Assembly (NCBI GenBank): GCA_964019335.1
Contig: OZ025685.1
Location: 496,001 to 560,000, forward strand
Source: Diplonema japonicum
Lineage: Eukaryota > Protista > Euglenozoa: Diplonemea
Length of the DNA: 64,000 bases
Direction: 5' to 3'
Shown: piece by piece, positions 53,294 through 63,116 of the stretch
Position numbering within the stretch: the first letter of the stretch is position 1
How the letters are laid out: each line of letters opens with the position of its first letter
Made by a program: the position numbers and the translations under genes
The notes under the pieces: generated by a model
Told to the model about the DNA's origin: nothing
Seen by the model: only the letters and a program-made list of their open reading frames with translations
Database searches by the model: none

Positions 53294-56200
53294 ATGAAAA
53301 CATGGGTACTGCTGGCTGCAATAACTGCCGTCAGCGGCACGGAAACTATTGCCTTTAGCAACAACGTGCTGTCAAACAGCGGGCAAGGCTTCGCAACGGT
53401 GAATATACCACTTCCAGAAATACAGATTGAACTTCGTGACCAACAAGGTGTGCGGGCAACGGGCCATGGGAGTGTCAGGGTAGAGGCGGAGTCTGTCCCT
53501 GCAAGCACTCTTGTTGGGAACGTGGTGGAGGTAGTGAATGGTTTAGCGAGGTTCACGTCCCTCATGTTCACGGAGCAGGTGTCGCTCCCCGTGCTTAGAT
53601 TCAAGGCTGTCACTTCCCTGCCGTATTCTGTGAATGGCTTTACGATAACTACAGGCACCATCGTGTTGTCGCCCACTTTGCAACCGGCATATGGACTGCG
53701 TTTCCTCGTACCTCCCCCCACTACGGTGCAGCATGGTGCTCCTTTCAGTGTCCAGATTGAAGCTGTCAACTCTGCCCACCAGCCGGATGTCACTGTGACA
53801 GGCGGCACTGTGGTTGCCACTTCAACTCAAACCTTGACTGGGACCACTTCTACCTTCGTGTCTGGTATCTCATCCTTCAATAGCCTGGCAGTGACACAGT
53901 ACACGCAGCAGCCTGTCCGCATCACGTTCACCATCCAGAACCCGGCAAATCCTCGTATACATTTGGAGACACTGGTACACGAGCTTACGTTGACAGTCAG
54001 CCCAATGCATAGCTTGGTGTTCGACACCAGCGGCAGCTGGAAGGCAGAGGGTGAAGTGGTTCCCATTAGGCACGACACTGTGACCCAGCCGCCAGCAGTC
54101 GTCAGAATGCTGGATTCTGCAGGGCAGCTCAGTGACGTGGAGGGCACTGTGACAGTGACAAGTAACTCCGGAACAGGGTTGCCTTTGCAGGTGTTTGGCG
54201 GCTCCGAAGCGCTGTCGAACGGGAGGGCGACTTTTTCGTCACTCAAGGTGACCACATACTACGAAGGGCTTCAAGAAGCACAATTCACCTTCACGCTCGG
54301 CACTTTAGGGCCACTGAAAACAGGTCTTAACCCTCTCACAATGGGTGCTTTCTCGTTGCGTTTCCTTCCATCGAATCAAATCTTCAATGCCGAAGGTACA
54401 ACAGCATCTGTAACACAGGGAGCTGCCCTTGCACCATTCACGGTGCAGCTGCTGGATAGCAACGGGAATGTAGACGCAACAGCTACAGATATACAGATTG
54501 ACGCGCTGTTGAACGACAGCAGCGTTGTTGGCACCGTACCTGTAGTGGGCGGATCTGCTTCCTTCTCTGCCTTGAACTTGGGTGCTGTCTCAGGGCCGGT
54601 CTTCCTCACCTTTAAGGCACGGTCACTGTCTTCAACCCTGTTGGTGGTATCGCGTGACATGAAGCTGAAAACGGGCACAGTGACAGTGCACCCGTTGGGC
54701 AACCGCATAGCTTTCGGAGGGTTTTCAACAGGGTCTCATGTAACGCAAGAAGGGCAAACCTTCACGGTGAACCAGAATGGTGTCATCCCGGATATTAAAG
54801 TACTTCTCTATGACGGAAGCGGCAACGTAGACACTACAACGAGCGCAACTGTAGTAGTAAGTAGCACTGTTGGGGCGCTGCAATCACCGTCAGGAGGAAC
54901 CCAGGTTCAATTCAACAACGGCGTTGCCACTTTCACGGGTCTATCCTTTGCAAATGTCCCGACAGAGGCTAAGCTGGTCTTCACGCTGACGACGACTGGC
55001 CTCCCCGCCACTGGCACCTCTATATCCACTGGGATCATCACTGTAAGAGGGCAGCCACATCACTTGGAACGTTATTTGCCATATCCAACTGGTGCCGTTC
55101 TAGGTGTGCCGACGGAGCTGCAAATTGCTGTTGTCGATGAAAATGGCACGCCTGTCGACAGCACTGCCTTCTCTGCACCTACTTTGTCGCTGAGTGGCAG
55201 TGGGGTCACTCCAGGCACGTGGCCTACGGGAATGATCACTCCAATCAGGTTCACATTGGGCCCTCCTCTTATTACTGGTGACACGGCCAGACTGACTGTG
55301 ACACCGACGCTTGCAGGTACCACCTTTACGCCACCCACACTTGAGATACTGTTGTCGGTGAGCAACGTCACCAACGAAGTGGACCACGCAAGCTTCATCG
55401 ACCCTTACTCCGTTCCGACAGTTGTGAAGTTGAGAGAAAAGCAATCTGTCAGGGTGGCTATGCTAGATGCTGCCTCATCGCCTGCTGTTGACGGCGATGC
55501 TGCTTATGTTGTCGTGTCGGAAGCCTCTGGGCCCGCCAACGGCGTGGTCATGCTGCCATATGACAGAATGGTGGGCGGCATCCAGACCGTAGAGTTCGAG
55601 TTCAGGGGCACTGTGAGAGACACGACAGCTACCTTCAGCACTAATCTACCAGGGTCCACCATACTCGATATCACGAGAGCCTACCGCTTGCTTCCAGGCC
55701 CCGCGTCTCGCATTGAGATAACAAGCATTACGAACCAGCTGCCTGTCACGTCATCCAACCCAACCGTTGCCATGGGGAGCACTGTGGACATCAATTACAA
55801 CATTTTGGACTTAGACGGTAACAAAGTGACAGAAACACATACCGTTTCCGGAGCGGGTGACAGTGTCAGTCAGGTGCGGGCACAACCGGCTGTCGGCGGC
55901 GAGGGTTCAGTAAGCTTGAGGTTTGAGGGACAGGTTGACAGTGAGAGAAAGGTGATCCTGAGCATTAGTACTCCAAGCATACAAACGGAGCAGCTCTTCA
56001 ATGTTGTTGCAGGGAAGGCGCACCATATTTCTGTCGATGTGCCGACTGAGGTTGTTTCAGGAGCGACTGTGTCAGCATTGGTAACGGTTCTAGACGAATT
56101 TAACAACTTGGCAAGAGATGCAGATACTACAGGCATCCTCGTTGCAGCCCAGCAGCACACTGTTCAAATTGCATCACCTGCAAGCCTCACTTCTCCGTCT

Positions 56201-59200
56201 GTGTTAACCGTCCGTTTAGCGCTATCAGGGGCTCCTGGCGTGGCGAGTGTAGTTTTCACACCGATGCTTGCGGGCGTCACTTTCAGCCCCTCAACCGTCT
56301 CCACGGACATCACTGTGCTTGTGCTGCAACACGGCATCAAGTTCGACGAGGTTTTCGGCCCAGTCCGTGAACAAGGGATGGCATTCACAGCCACCGTCGG
56401 TGAGGCCATCTCACCCCCTATCACTGTCAACGTGCTAGACTCTGCAGGTTCTTTGGACACCTCGTCAAGCAAAGTACTCATTAGGGCATCCGTTGCAGGT
56501 GCTCCTGAGCAGGTCCTTGCGAATACCGATGCTTCAGTGGTGAACGGACGAGCAGTTTTCAGCTCTTTGATGTTCACAAAGTCGACTGTCGCGTCGCCTC
56601 AGATCACCTTCACAGCGATTCAAGACCCGCCTGCGCAAGCAGTTGCTCCTCTTGCTGCAGGCAAGACGCTCCTCACAGGGACTGTAGCACTTATCCACAA
56701 AGCACATGATTTAAAGTTCCAGAGCACCGGTTCTGTGTTTGCCTATGCAGGACAGACTCTGTCAGGCATACAGTATGTGCCGTTAGGGAAGATTGTTGTG
56801 GTTGTAGTAGACAGTGAGGGTGCGGTGGACACCACTGTGGGCGGAGATGGGATCACCGCTATCGCAACGCCATCGCAGGGGACTGTGACGGGTAATACGG
56901 TGCCTGTTGTCATGGGCGTTGCGGTATTCGAGCGACTTGCCTTCGCAACAACTCCAGTAGAACCTGTCCTTACTTTTAGGATACAAGGGCTTGCTGCGTC
57001 TCTCTCTGTTAGCGGGAAAACTCTCTTAACAGGCGTCATCAGCATCCTCAGGGCACCCAGGTCGGTCAATGTCACTGTCGACTCTCTAGTACCAAGCACC
57101 TACAGCCCTGGCTACCTCGTACTCGGTGAGAGCAACACAGTACCTGTCGACGTACTGAACGACCAGAATACCCCTGCAGCTATTCCAGGTGACATGACTG
57201 TGCATGCCTCTTCAAGCCTTGCCATGGTGTCATCAGATCCTGTGCAGAGTGGGTCGCGCTTCAATGTACATCTAAAGCCCTTCAGCTTAGGTACGGCCAA
57301 TGTAGTGTTCACCCCTTCAGCTTCGTTCATCCAATTCAATCCTGCGGCACTAGTTAAGGAGTACAGCATATGCGCAGGGGGTGTCGCAAGTGTTGTGTTT
57401 GATGAGAACACGCCTTCTGAGTTGGAGCAAGGGACAAGTACCGCTATCACCCTGCACGCGGTGGACAACGGGGGCAACAGACTGTCGTCAACCTGGTCTC
57501 AGGGTTGCCGCGAGGCGTACAGATCGCTGGGTCTAGCTCCGCCTTACGCCACTGACATTGCATCGACAGCAGCCGGAACAGGGCTACGCATGGGCGATGC
57601 TACATCTCAGAATACAAATGGCACTATTACTGTCTCGCTTTTTGCAGAGCAAGTACTCTCCGAGACGCTGGCAACGTTTAGTTTCAATGGCGCACCCTCT
57701 TCTGTGACAGACCTCACACGCTCCTTCAGCATTGTGCAAGCAGTGCCTACAAAGCTCGGAGTAGACCCTGCGCAGGGAGAGGTTGAATCGGGCGCCAGTA
57801 TACAGTACCGTGTAGAAGTACAGAGCAAAAGTGGACAACTCATATCATCTGCAGATGATACCCAGGTTGTTGTGACGGGTGAAGGTACGAGATTGCAGAA
57901 CCAAGAAGCTCTCTCTGGAGGGGCTGCTACGTTTACGGTGACGGTCACAGGTCCACCGAGGGCGCTGACTATTACGTTCACTCCAACGAAGACTGGGATC
58001 ACTTTTTCTCCTTCCAGTACCACAACGTCCGTAAACGTGAACTATGCACCTCACGACGAAGGGGTGTTTCACACGCAAATGTACCAGATATTCCCAAACG
58101 CGCCTTTCGCATCTACTACAGAGTTCCAAAGAGCTCTTGCTGCAAGGTTGACCACGCTGAGCGCAGGTCCTCAGTATTGCCCTGTAAACGAAGTCTGCAG
58201 AGAACTGCAAGAAGCTAATGTCAGAGTAATCCCTCAAGAGCAATGGCCTGTCCCCCCTGTAGGCAATGCTACAGCACCAAACAACCTACCAAGTGCGAGG
58301 GGGTACGTTGTGCAGCTCGTAAACGTTGAGGAAACACAAGTGTCTCGCATAGAAGCGGCCCTTGCTAATGCTCATTTGCCCGCCCTCAATCAGTTCCCTT
58401 CACTGCAGCACAGCTCAGAGCCTGTTAAGTTCCTTGGCTACAACGTTCTGGACACGCCCCTCGGTGTGCCTTGCACGTCGCTTCAGAATGAGACGGCATG
58501 TCTTGCCAACCGATGTAAGTGGGACGCAGCATCAGTAGCATGCACCCAGAACTGCTCCGTGGCCACCACTGCACCAGCGTGCTCTCTTCTTTCGGCTTGT
58601 TCTTGGAATAAGATGAACAACATTTGCAGCGAGAGCCGCGACCCAGATGGAGGGTTTTTCGATGACCCTTTTGGGCAGGACTGGTGGATCTTGCTGCTCA
58701 TTGGTGCGCTTCTATTGATGCTGTGTTGTGCATGTGCACTTTGCTATAGAATGATGTTCAACAAGCCTGAGGAGCGGGACAGTGGTAAGCAGGATCCTGT
58801 GCAAGAGGAGCCGCAAAGGATGCATCGGGTGGACAGTGTTGTTGTGGTGCCACAGGAGGACTACAGTTACCCTGTCAAGCAGAACCCACTGTATGTATTT
58901 GACGACACCGCCCCACCTCAGCGTGGGGTGTCATTTAGCGAACCACCACCGCCGCCGCCGCGACAGCTCACCGAGAGGGAGAAGCTTGAGGCAGCCCTGA
59001 AGAAGGTCGACGGCATGATTACATACATCGATGAGAAGGAGGCAACACGATACCCACCGGGGCGCGGGCACGTTGAAAGGAACTCGTACACAGTGCACGA
59101 ACCATACGAACAGGCATCTTTCTCACCCCAACCTGCTCCGAGCGGGACTCCTGACGACCACGAGCCGCAACCGTCACAGCGGCAACCCGAGAAGATGCCG

Positions 59201-59383
59201 CGGTCACAGCAGTACCGAATGCCGGAACCAGAGATGCGTTTTTTAGAAAGCCCAGTACGTACGGCCAGCCGTTTAAGAGTAGCCCCATCGAACAGCCCCC
59301 CACCCGACGCAGTTAGTGCAACTGGTTCGGCACTTACGGTGGACGGTGATGGCAACGTTGTGGAGAGAAATAAGTTCACTTAG
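53294..59383 (+). CDS. Large type I surface protein with repeated Ig-like/invasin-like beta modules
   Basis: Signal peptide; repeated I.V.LLD..G..D...V.V.NG.A.FS.L.F...L.TG modules; Cys-rich juxtamembrane region; TM WWILLLIGALLLMLCCACALCY; Pro-rich tail. Confidence 0.85.
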   Translation: MKTWVLLAAITAVSGTETIAFSNNVLSNSGQGFATVNIPLPEIQIELRDQQGVRATGHGSVRVEAESVPASTLVGNVVEVVNGLARFTSLMFTEQVSLPVLRFKAVTSLPYSVNGFTITTGTIVLSPTLQPAYGLRFLVPPPTTVQHGAPFSVQIEAVNSAHQPDVTVTGGTVVATSTQTLTGTTSTFVSGISSFNSLAVTQYTQQPVRITFTIQNPANPRIHLETLVHELTLTVSPMHSLVFDTSGSWKAEGEVVPIRHDTVTQPPAVVRMLDSAGQLSDVEGTVTVTSNSGTGLPLQVFGGSEALSNGRATFSSLKVTTYYEGLQEAQFTFTLGTLGPLKTGLNPLTMGAFSLRFLPSNQIFNAEGTTASVTQGAALAPFTVQLLDSNGNVDATATDIQIDALLNDSSVVGTVPVVGGSASFSALNLGAVSGPVFLTFKARSLSSTLLVVSRDMKLKTGTVTVHPLGNRIAFGGFSTGSHVTQEGQTFTVNQNGVIPDIKVLLYDGSGNVDTTTSATVVVSSTVGALQSPSGGTQVQFNNGVATFTGLSFANVPTEAKLVFTLTTTGLPATGTSISTGIITVRGQPHHLERYLPYPTGAVLGVPTELQIAVVDENGTPVDSTAFSAPTLSLSGSGVTPGTWPTGMITPIRFTLGPPLITGDTARLTVTPTLAGTTFTPPTLEILLSVSNVTNEVDHASFIDPYSVPTVVKLREKQSVRVAMLDAASSPAVDGDAAYVVVSEASGPANGVVMLPYDRMVGGIQTVEFEFRGTVRDTTATFSTNLPGSTILDITRAYRLLPGPASRIEITSITNQLPVTSSNPTVAMGSTVDINYNILDLDGNKVTETHTVSGAGDSVSQVRAQPAVGGEGSVSLRFEGQVDSERKVILSISTPSIQTEQLFNVVAGKAHHISVDVPTEVVSGATVSALVTVLDEFNNLARDADTTGILVAAQQHTVQIASPASLTSPSVLTVRLALSGAPGVASVVFTPMLAGVTFSPSTVSTDITVLVLQHGIKFDEVFGPVREQGMAFTATVGEAISPPITVNVLDSAGSLDTSSSKVLIRASVAGAPEQVLANTDASVVNGRAVFSSLMFTKSTVASPQITFTAIQDPPAQAVAPLAAGKTLLTGTVALIHKAHDLKFQSTGSVFAYAGQTLSGIQYVPLGKIVVVVVDSEGAVDTTVGGDGITAIATPSQGTVTGNTVPVVMGVAVFERLAFATTPVEPVLTFRIQGLAASLSVSGKTLLTGVISILRAPRSVNVTVDSLVPSTYSPGYLVLGESNTVPVDVLNDQNTPAAIPGDMTVHASSSLAMVSSDPVQSGSRFNVHLKPFSLGTANVVFTPSASFIQFNPAALVKEYSICAGGVASVVFDENTPSELEQGTSTAITLHAVDNGGNRLSSTWSQGCREAYRSLGLAPPYATDIASTAAGTGLRMGDATSQNTNGTITVSLFAEQVLSETLATFSFNGAPSSVTDLTRSFSIVQAVPTKLGVDPAQGEVESGASIQYRVEVQSKSGQLISSADDTQVVVTGEGTRLQNQEALSGGAATFTVTVTGPPRALTITFTPTKTGITFSPSSTTTSVNVNYAPHDEGVFHTQMYQIFPNAPFASTTEFQRALAARLTTLSAGPQYCPVNEVCRELQEANVRVIPQEQWPVPPVGNATAPNNLPSARGYVVQLVNVEETQVSRIEAALANAHLPALNQFPSLQHSSEPVKFLGYNVLDTPLGVPCTSLQNETACLANRCKWDAASVACTQNCSVATTAPACSLLSACSWNKMNNICSESRDPDGGFFDDPFGQDWWILLLIGALLLMLCCACALCYRMMFNKPEERDSGKQDPVQEEPQRMHRVDSVVVVPQEDYSYPVKQNPLYVFDDTAPPQRGVSFSEPPPPPPRQLTEREKLEAALKKVDGMITYIDEKEATRYPPGRGHVERNSYTVHEPYEQASFSPQPAPSGTPDDHEPQPSQRQPEKMPRSQQYRMPEPEMRFLESPVRTASRLRVAPSNSPPPDAVSATGSALTVDGDGNVVERNKFT

Positions 59384-59453
59384 TAGTATTAGATTATTGT
59401 AGACTATTGTTGTTTAAACCGCACCTTGCTATTTTGCTATATCTCCAGGTAAC

Positions 59454-60464
59454 ATGCGTTTGTTTTACGTATTCACCGCACTACTTACAGCTGCCTCAGC
59501 AGCCTACCCAAAAGGAGCTTCCATTGACAATGCAGTGTGGAATGATGTGAACGGAAACTTTATCCACGCGCACGGCGGGCAGATAGTAGAGCACAACAAC
59601 ACCTTCTACCTCATCGGAACCACCCAGAAAAAAGGTTCGGCATCACTGAGTGAGGGCATCAACTGCTACTCGTCGCCTAACATGGTGAGCTGGACCTTCG
59701 AGAGGGAGATCTTCCACAACACGTCGATCGTGAGCCATGGTTCACCTCCGTGGAGGATCGAACGACCGAAGGTCGTGGTGAATGAGAAGTACAATAATTT
59801 CGTGATGTGGTTCCACTTAGACACCTCGTCCTTCGGCATACAGTCGGTGGGCGTTGCCAAGTCAAGCAGCATCTGCGGTGACTATGAGTGGGTGGGGGGC
59901 TTCCAACCCGACAACCTAGCGTCATACGACATGGGATTGTACCAGGAAGGGCCCGAGGCGTTTCTTGTGCGCAGTGTTGAGAACAAGTTCGCAGGCATCT
60001 CGCAACTGACGGACGACTACTTGAACACCACAGGGCTCACAAGCAAAGGTCCCAAGATGGAGGGTGTTACTATTTTCAAGCTGGATACGTACTACCTTCT
60101 GGGTTCGCACCTCAGCGGGTGGGCGCCTAACCCAGCACAGCTGTGCACAACAAAAGCAACCGAACCCGCATTGCTTAAAGATGCTGTGTGGGACAACATC
60201 AATAACGACCAGTGTCCCAACCCTACAGGTAGTGGGAACACGTACAAGTCGCAGTCTACCTTCGTTCTGCGCCTTGAGGACGCCGTAAACAAGAAATACT
60301 CATATGTGTTCATGGCAGACATTTGGGACGCCCCTAATGTGAACACAGGTGCCACCTATTTGTGGCTCCCCATCGTCTTCAACTCGACTCATCCCGAAGC
60401 CTTCCCCCATATACCTTACATGGAGCAGTGGCGCATCGGTGACTTCGAGGTCGATATGCCATAG
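59454..60464 (+). CDS. Secreted glycoside hydrolase family 43, subfamily 24-like (exo-beta-1,3-galactanase type)
   Basis: Signal peptide; IHAHGG, IERPKV, FVMWFHLD, YDMGLY, SHLSGWAPN, SQSTFV, MADIW, YLWLP. Confidence 0.88.
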   Translation: MRLFYVFTALLTAASAAYPKGASIDNAVWNDVNGNFIHAHGGQIVEHNNTFYLIGTTQKKGSASLSEGINCYSSPNMVSWTFEREIFHNTSIVSHGSPPWRIERPKVVVNEKYNNFVMWFHLDTSSFGIQSVGVAKSSSICGDYEWVGGFQPDNLASYDMGLYQEGPEAFLVRSVENKFAGISQLTDDYLNTTGLTSKGPKMEGVTIFKLDTYYLLGSHLSGWAPNPAQLCTTKATEPALLKDAVWDNINNDQCPNPTGSGNTYKSQSTFVLRLEDAVNKKYSYVFMADIWDAPNVNTGATYLWLPIVFNSTHPEAFPHIPYMEQWRIGDFEVDMP

Positions 60465-60579
60465 CAAACCTTCCGGCAGGGATCTAGTTCCCACAACGTT
60501 TCGATTGCGTACTATATTCAAGTAACCAATTCTTCTGACAACACTTACATTATTTTCCAGACATCACAGACTAAGTAAA

Positions 60580-61692
60580 ATGTCCTTTGATCCTACGTCT
60601 ATCGGCCTTTCTGAGGGTTTTGTGCTCACTAACTTCACAGAACTGAAAGGCTGAGGATGTAAGATACCTCAAGACCAGCTCTTGAGGTTGCTTAGGGCTG
60701 TGGGTGATGTTCCCGGTGAGAAGAAGAACGTGGGAATGGACTGCAGCATTGTGCCTTTGAAGAGGATTAAAGATACTTTCCTTATCTCCACTATTGATTT
60801 TTTTTACCCTTTGGTTGAAGATCCGTATGCGCAGGGCCGGATCGGGTGCGCGAACGTGTTGTCGGACATGTACAGCATGGGGATTGACGAGGTGGACAAC
60901 ATGCTGATGGTGCTGGGTGCGTCGCGGGACATGCAGGAGTCGGACAGGTTCATCACCACGAAGGAGATGATGCGTGGGTTCAACGACCTTGCCGCAGAGG
61001 GGGACACGGAGGTGACGGGTGGGCAGTCTGTGCTCAACCCGTGGCCCATCATCGGAGGTGTGGCCATGGCTGTGTGCCACAAGGACGACTTCATCAACCC
61101 CAACGGGCTGCAGCCGGGCAACGTTCTGGTGCTCACAAAGCCTTTGGGAACGCAGGTGGCTGTGAACCTGAAGCAAGCGTACAATGACAAGAAGGCGTGC
61201 AACCCCGTGTACGAGAGGACGAAAGGCACGCTGTCGCAGGCAGACGTCGACTTGGCGTTCGGCATCGCTTCTGACAGCATGGGACACCTCAACAAGGTGG
61301 GTGCAAGGTTGATGAGGAAGCACAAGTCGACAGGTGCGACAGACGTGACGGGGTTCGGCATTCATGGGCATGCTGCCAACCTTGCAATGGCTCAGCTGGC
61401 CGATGTTGACATTGAGGTGCACACGCTACCCATCATCAAGGGCATGGCAGGTGTTGACGACATCTTGGGCAACATGTTCAAGCTGAAGCAGGGCCTCTCG
61501 GCTGAGACATCTGGTGGACTATTCCTGGCACTTTCCTCTCTAGAAGCAGCCAACGCCTTCATCAAAGACCTGGCAGAGGAGGACAAGACGAGAGGTTGGA
61601 TCGTCGGGAATGTCGTGGCACGAAAGGGCGACATCGGCAATGCTGTCATCGAGAACCCAAAGATCATTGAAGTCGACAGTTTCTTCGCGTAG
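60580..61692 (+). CDS. SEPHS2: Selenophosphate synthetase 2, selenoprotein form (Sec at TGA 60652-60654), 370 aa
   Basis: ATG 60580 gives [34 protein letters not shown], in frame with ORF 60682; SelD motifs DFFYPLVEDPY, ANVLSDMYSMG, GGQSV, LTKPLGT, TDVTGFG, ETSGGL. Confidence 0.95.
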
Positions 61693-61896
61693 ACAGGTTG
61701 CAACAGCAGGCTGTCCACCAGTAACAAGACGGCCTTCCTTTGATGCTACTTGGGCGGGAGGAAAAAAAAGAAAAACAGAAAAAGAAGGAAGAAAAAAAAA
61801 AGAAAACAAAGCGAAATAATAAAATAAGAACTTGTGTGCGCATCAAACCGAGATTCGTGTATTATCTTTCCGTGGAGAGTAGAGCAAGCAGGACGC

Positions 61897-61986
61897 AGCC
61901 CTTCCATTGTGACGCCACTAAGACATAAAGCATGACATGAATTAAATGTAAAGTGCTTCTCTTTGGGGCTGAATGGGCATGCGGGC
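61897..61986 (+). promoter_or_regulatory. SECIS element (type II, GUGA core) in the SPS2 3' UTR
   Basis: Helix I gccc..ccat / atgg..gggc; core GTGA (61909-61912) and TGA (61970-61972); helix II gccactaaga / tctttggggc; unpaired AAA at about 61927; apical ministem gcat/gtgc. Confidence 0.75.
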
Positions 61987-62090
61987 AGATGTTTTCCTTG
62001 CTTTTTATTTCCTCCCCGTCCTTGGCAGGATTCCTAATATTCACAGGATATTTTATCTCGAAAATTAATTTTTAACAAAAAAAAAGAAAA

Positions 62091-63116
62091 ATGTCTGAGT
62101 GCTGCAGAATGCGGAAAAGGATGAAAGTGCTTGCGTTCGACCATGCTGTTCACTACACAGAGAAGTATTTTAGGAAGTACCTGAAGAAGTATATTCGAAA
62201 GGTCGGGAAGATGGGGAAGAAATACGGAAACTGTGAGGTGAAGGAGTTCATCGACGCAACAGCAGAGGAGCTTGTGGACATCCTCACAGAGTCGCTGTGC
62301 TGCGAGGAGGTGCGGCAACAGCAAACTTATATCTACGCAACAAACAATGCAGACCGGCTCAAACGAACCAGTAGGGTCATGGTGACAGAGACGACACGGC
62401 TCTTATACACCAGGCCCTCCTTGGAGGGAACACATCTCAACAAAAAGAAGATGGTGAAGGTTGTGGACAATGTGGTAGCCTACGCATTCGGCCTACGAAA
62501 AGAACTGAACATTGCTCAGTCCGTTGCCAAAACCAAACTCCAAGAATACTGGGCCGACAGGACCCCCCCTCTGGTGTGCATCCTCGGGATGGTCCTGGCA
62601 GGGAAGCTATACCTCGACATTAAAAAAATGGAAACTGAAGAATGGGAGGACATCCTAGGGTTCTCGCTTTCTGTTACACTCACAGTGTTGGCCTTTGTAG
62701 GGGCGTTCTTCATGGTGTACTTGAGGCTGCCTCATGCAGTGGATGGTGCAACGAGGCAGAAAGCTTCCGATTTTTACCTCATGTCGAAGGACCCTTTGGG
62801 GAAGTTCCTGATGTCTTTCACACCAGGGTCGGACCACTACACGAGACAGGTCGACGAATGCTTCAACAGCATAACAAAGTTCATGACCGAGACAGTTAAA
62901 GAGAGGACACCGCACCACATTGCAGACACTGTCTCTGAAGGTGCTTACACAGAGTCCTCTTCTGAAGGCTCCGTCAGAGACACTGGTGAGTTGGACTGCA
63001 ACGCACCATATTACGATGATGACTCACTTCTTGCGGAGTTAGAGTCGCAGCAACGTGAAGCAGAGGCATTGAAAGAGGTTGAAACGAAGACTGAACCTGA
63101 CGAGTGCCCTGTTTAA
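62091..63116 (+). CDS. Hypothetical two-TM protein with acidic tail
   Basis: 341-aa ORF; hydrophobic segments LVCILGMVLAG and ILGFSLSVTLTVLAFVGAFFMVYL. Confidence 0.75.
   Translation: MSECCRMRKRMKVLAFDHAVHYTEKYFRKYLKKYIRKVGKMGKKYGNCEVKEFIDATAEELVDILTESLCCEEVRQQQTYIYATNNADRLKRTSRVMVTETTRLLYTRPSLEGTHLNKKKMVKVVDNVVAYAFGLRKELNIAQSVAKTKLQEYWADRTPPLVCILGMVLAGKLYLDIKKMETEEWEDILGFSLSVTLTVLAFVGAFFMVYLRLPHAVDGATRQKASDFYLMSKDPLGKFLMSFTPGSDHYTRQVDECFNSITKFMTETVKERTPHHIADTVSEGAYTESSSEGSVRDTGELDCNAPYYDDDSLLAELESQQREAEALKEVETKTEPDECPV

Noticed and set aside
60652-60654. TGA read as Trp (altered genetic code) or as a pseudogene stop
   Set aside because: TGA terminates many genes here (605, 1834, 4624, 10392), and this TGA sits at the Sec/Cys catalytic site with a downstream SECIS-like hairpin.
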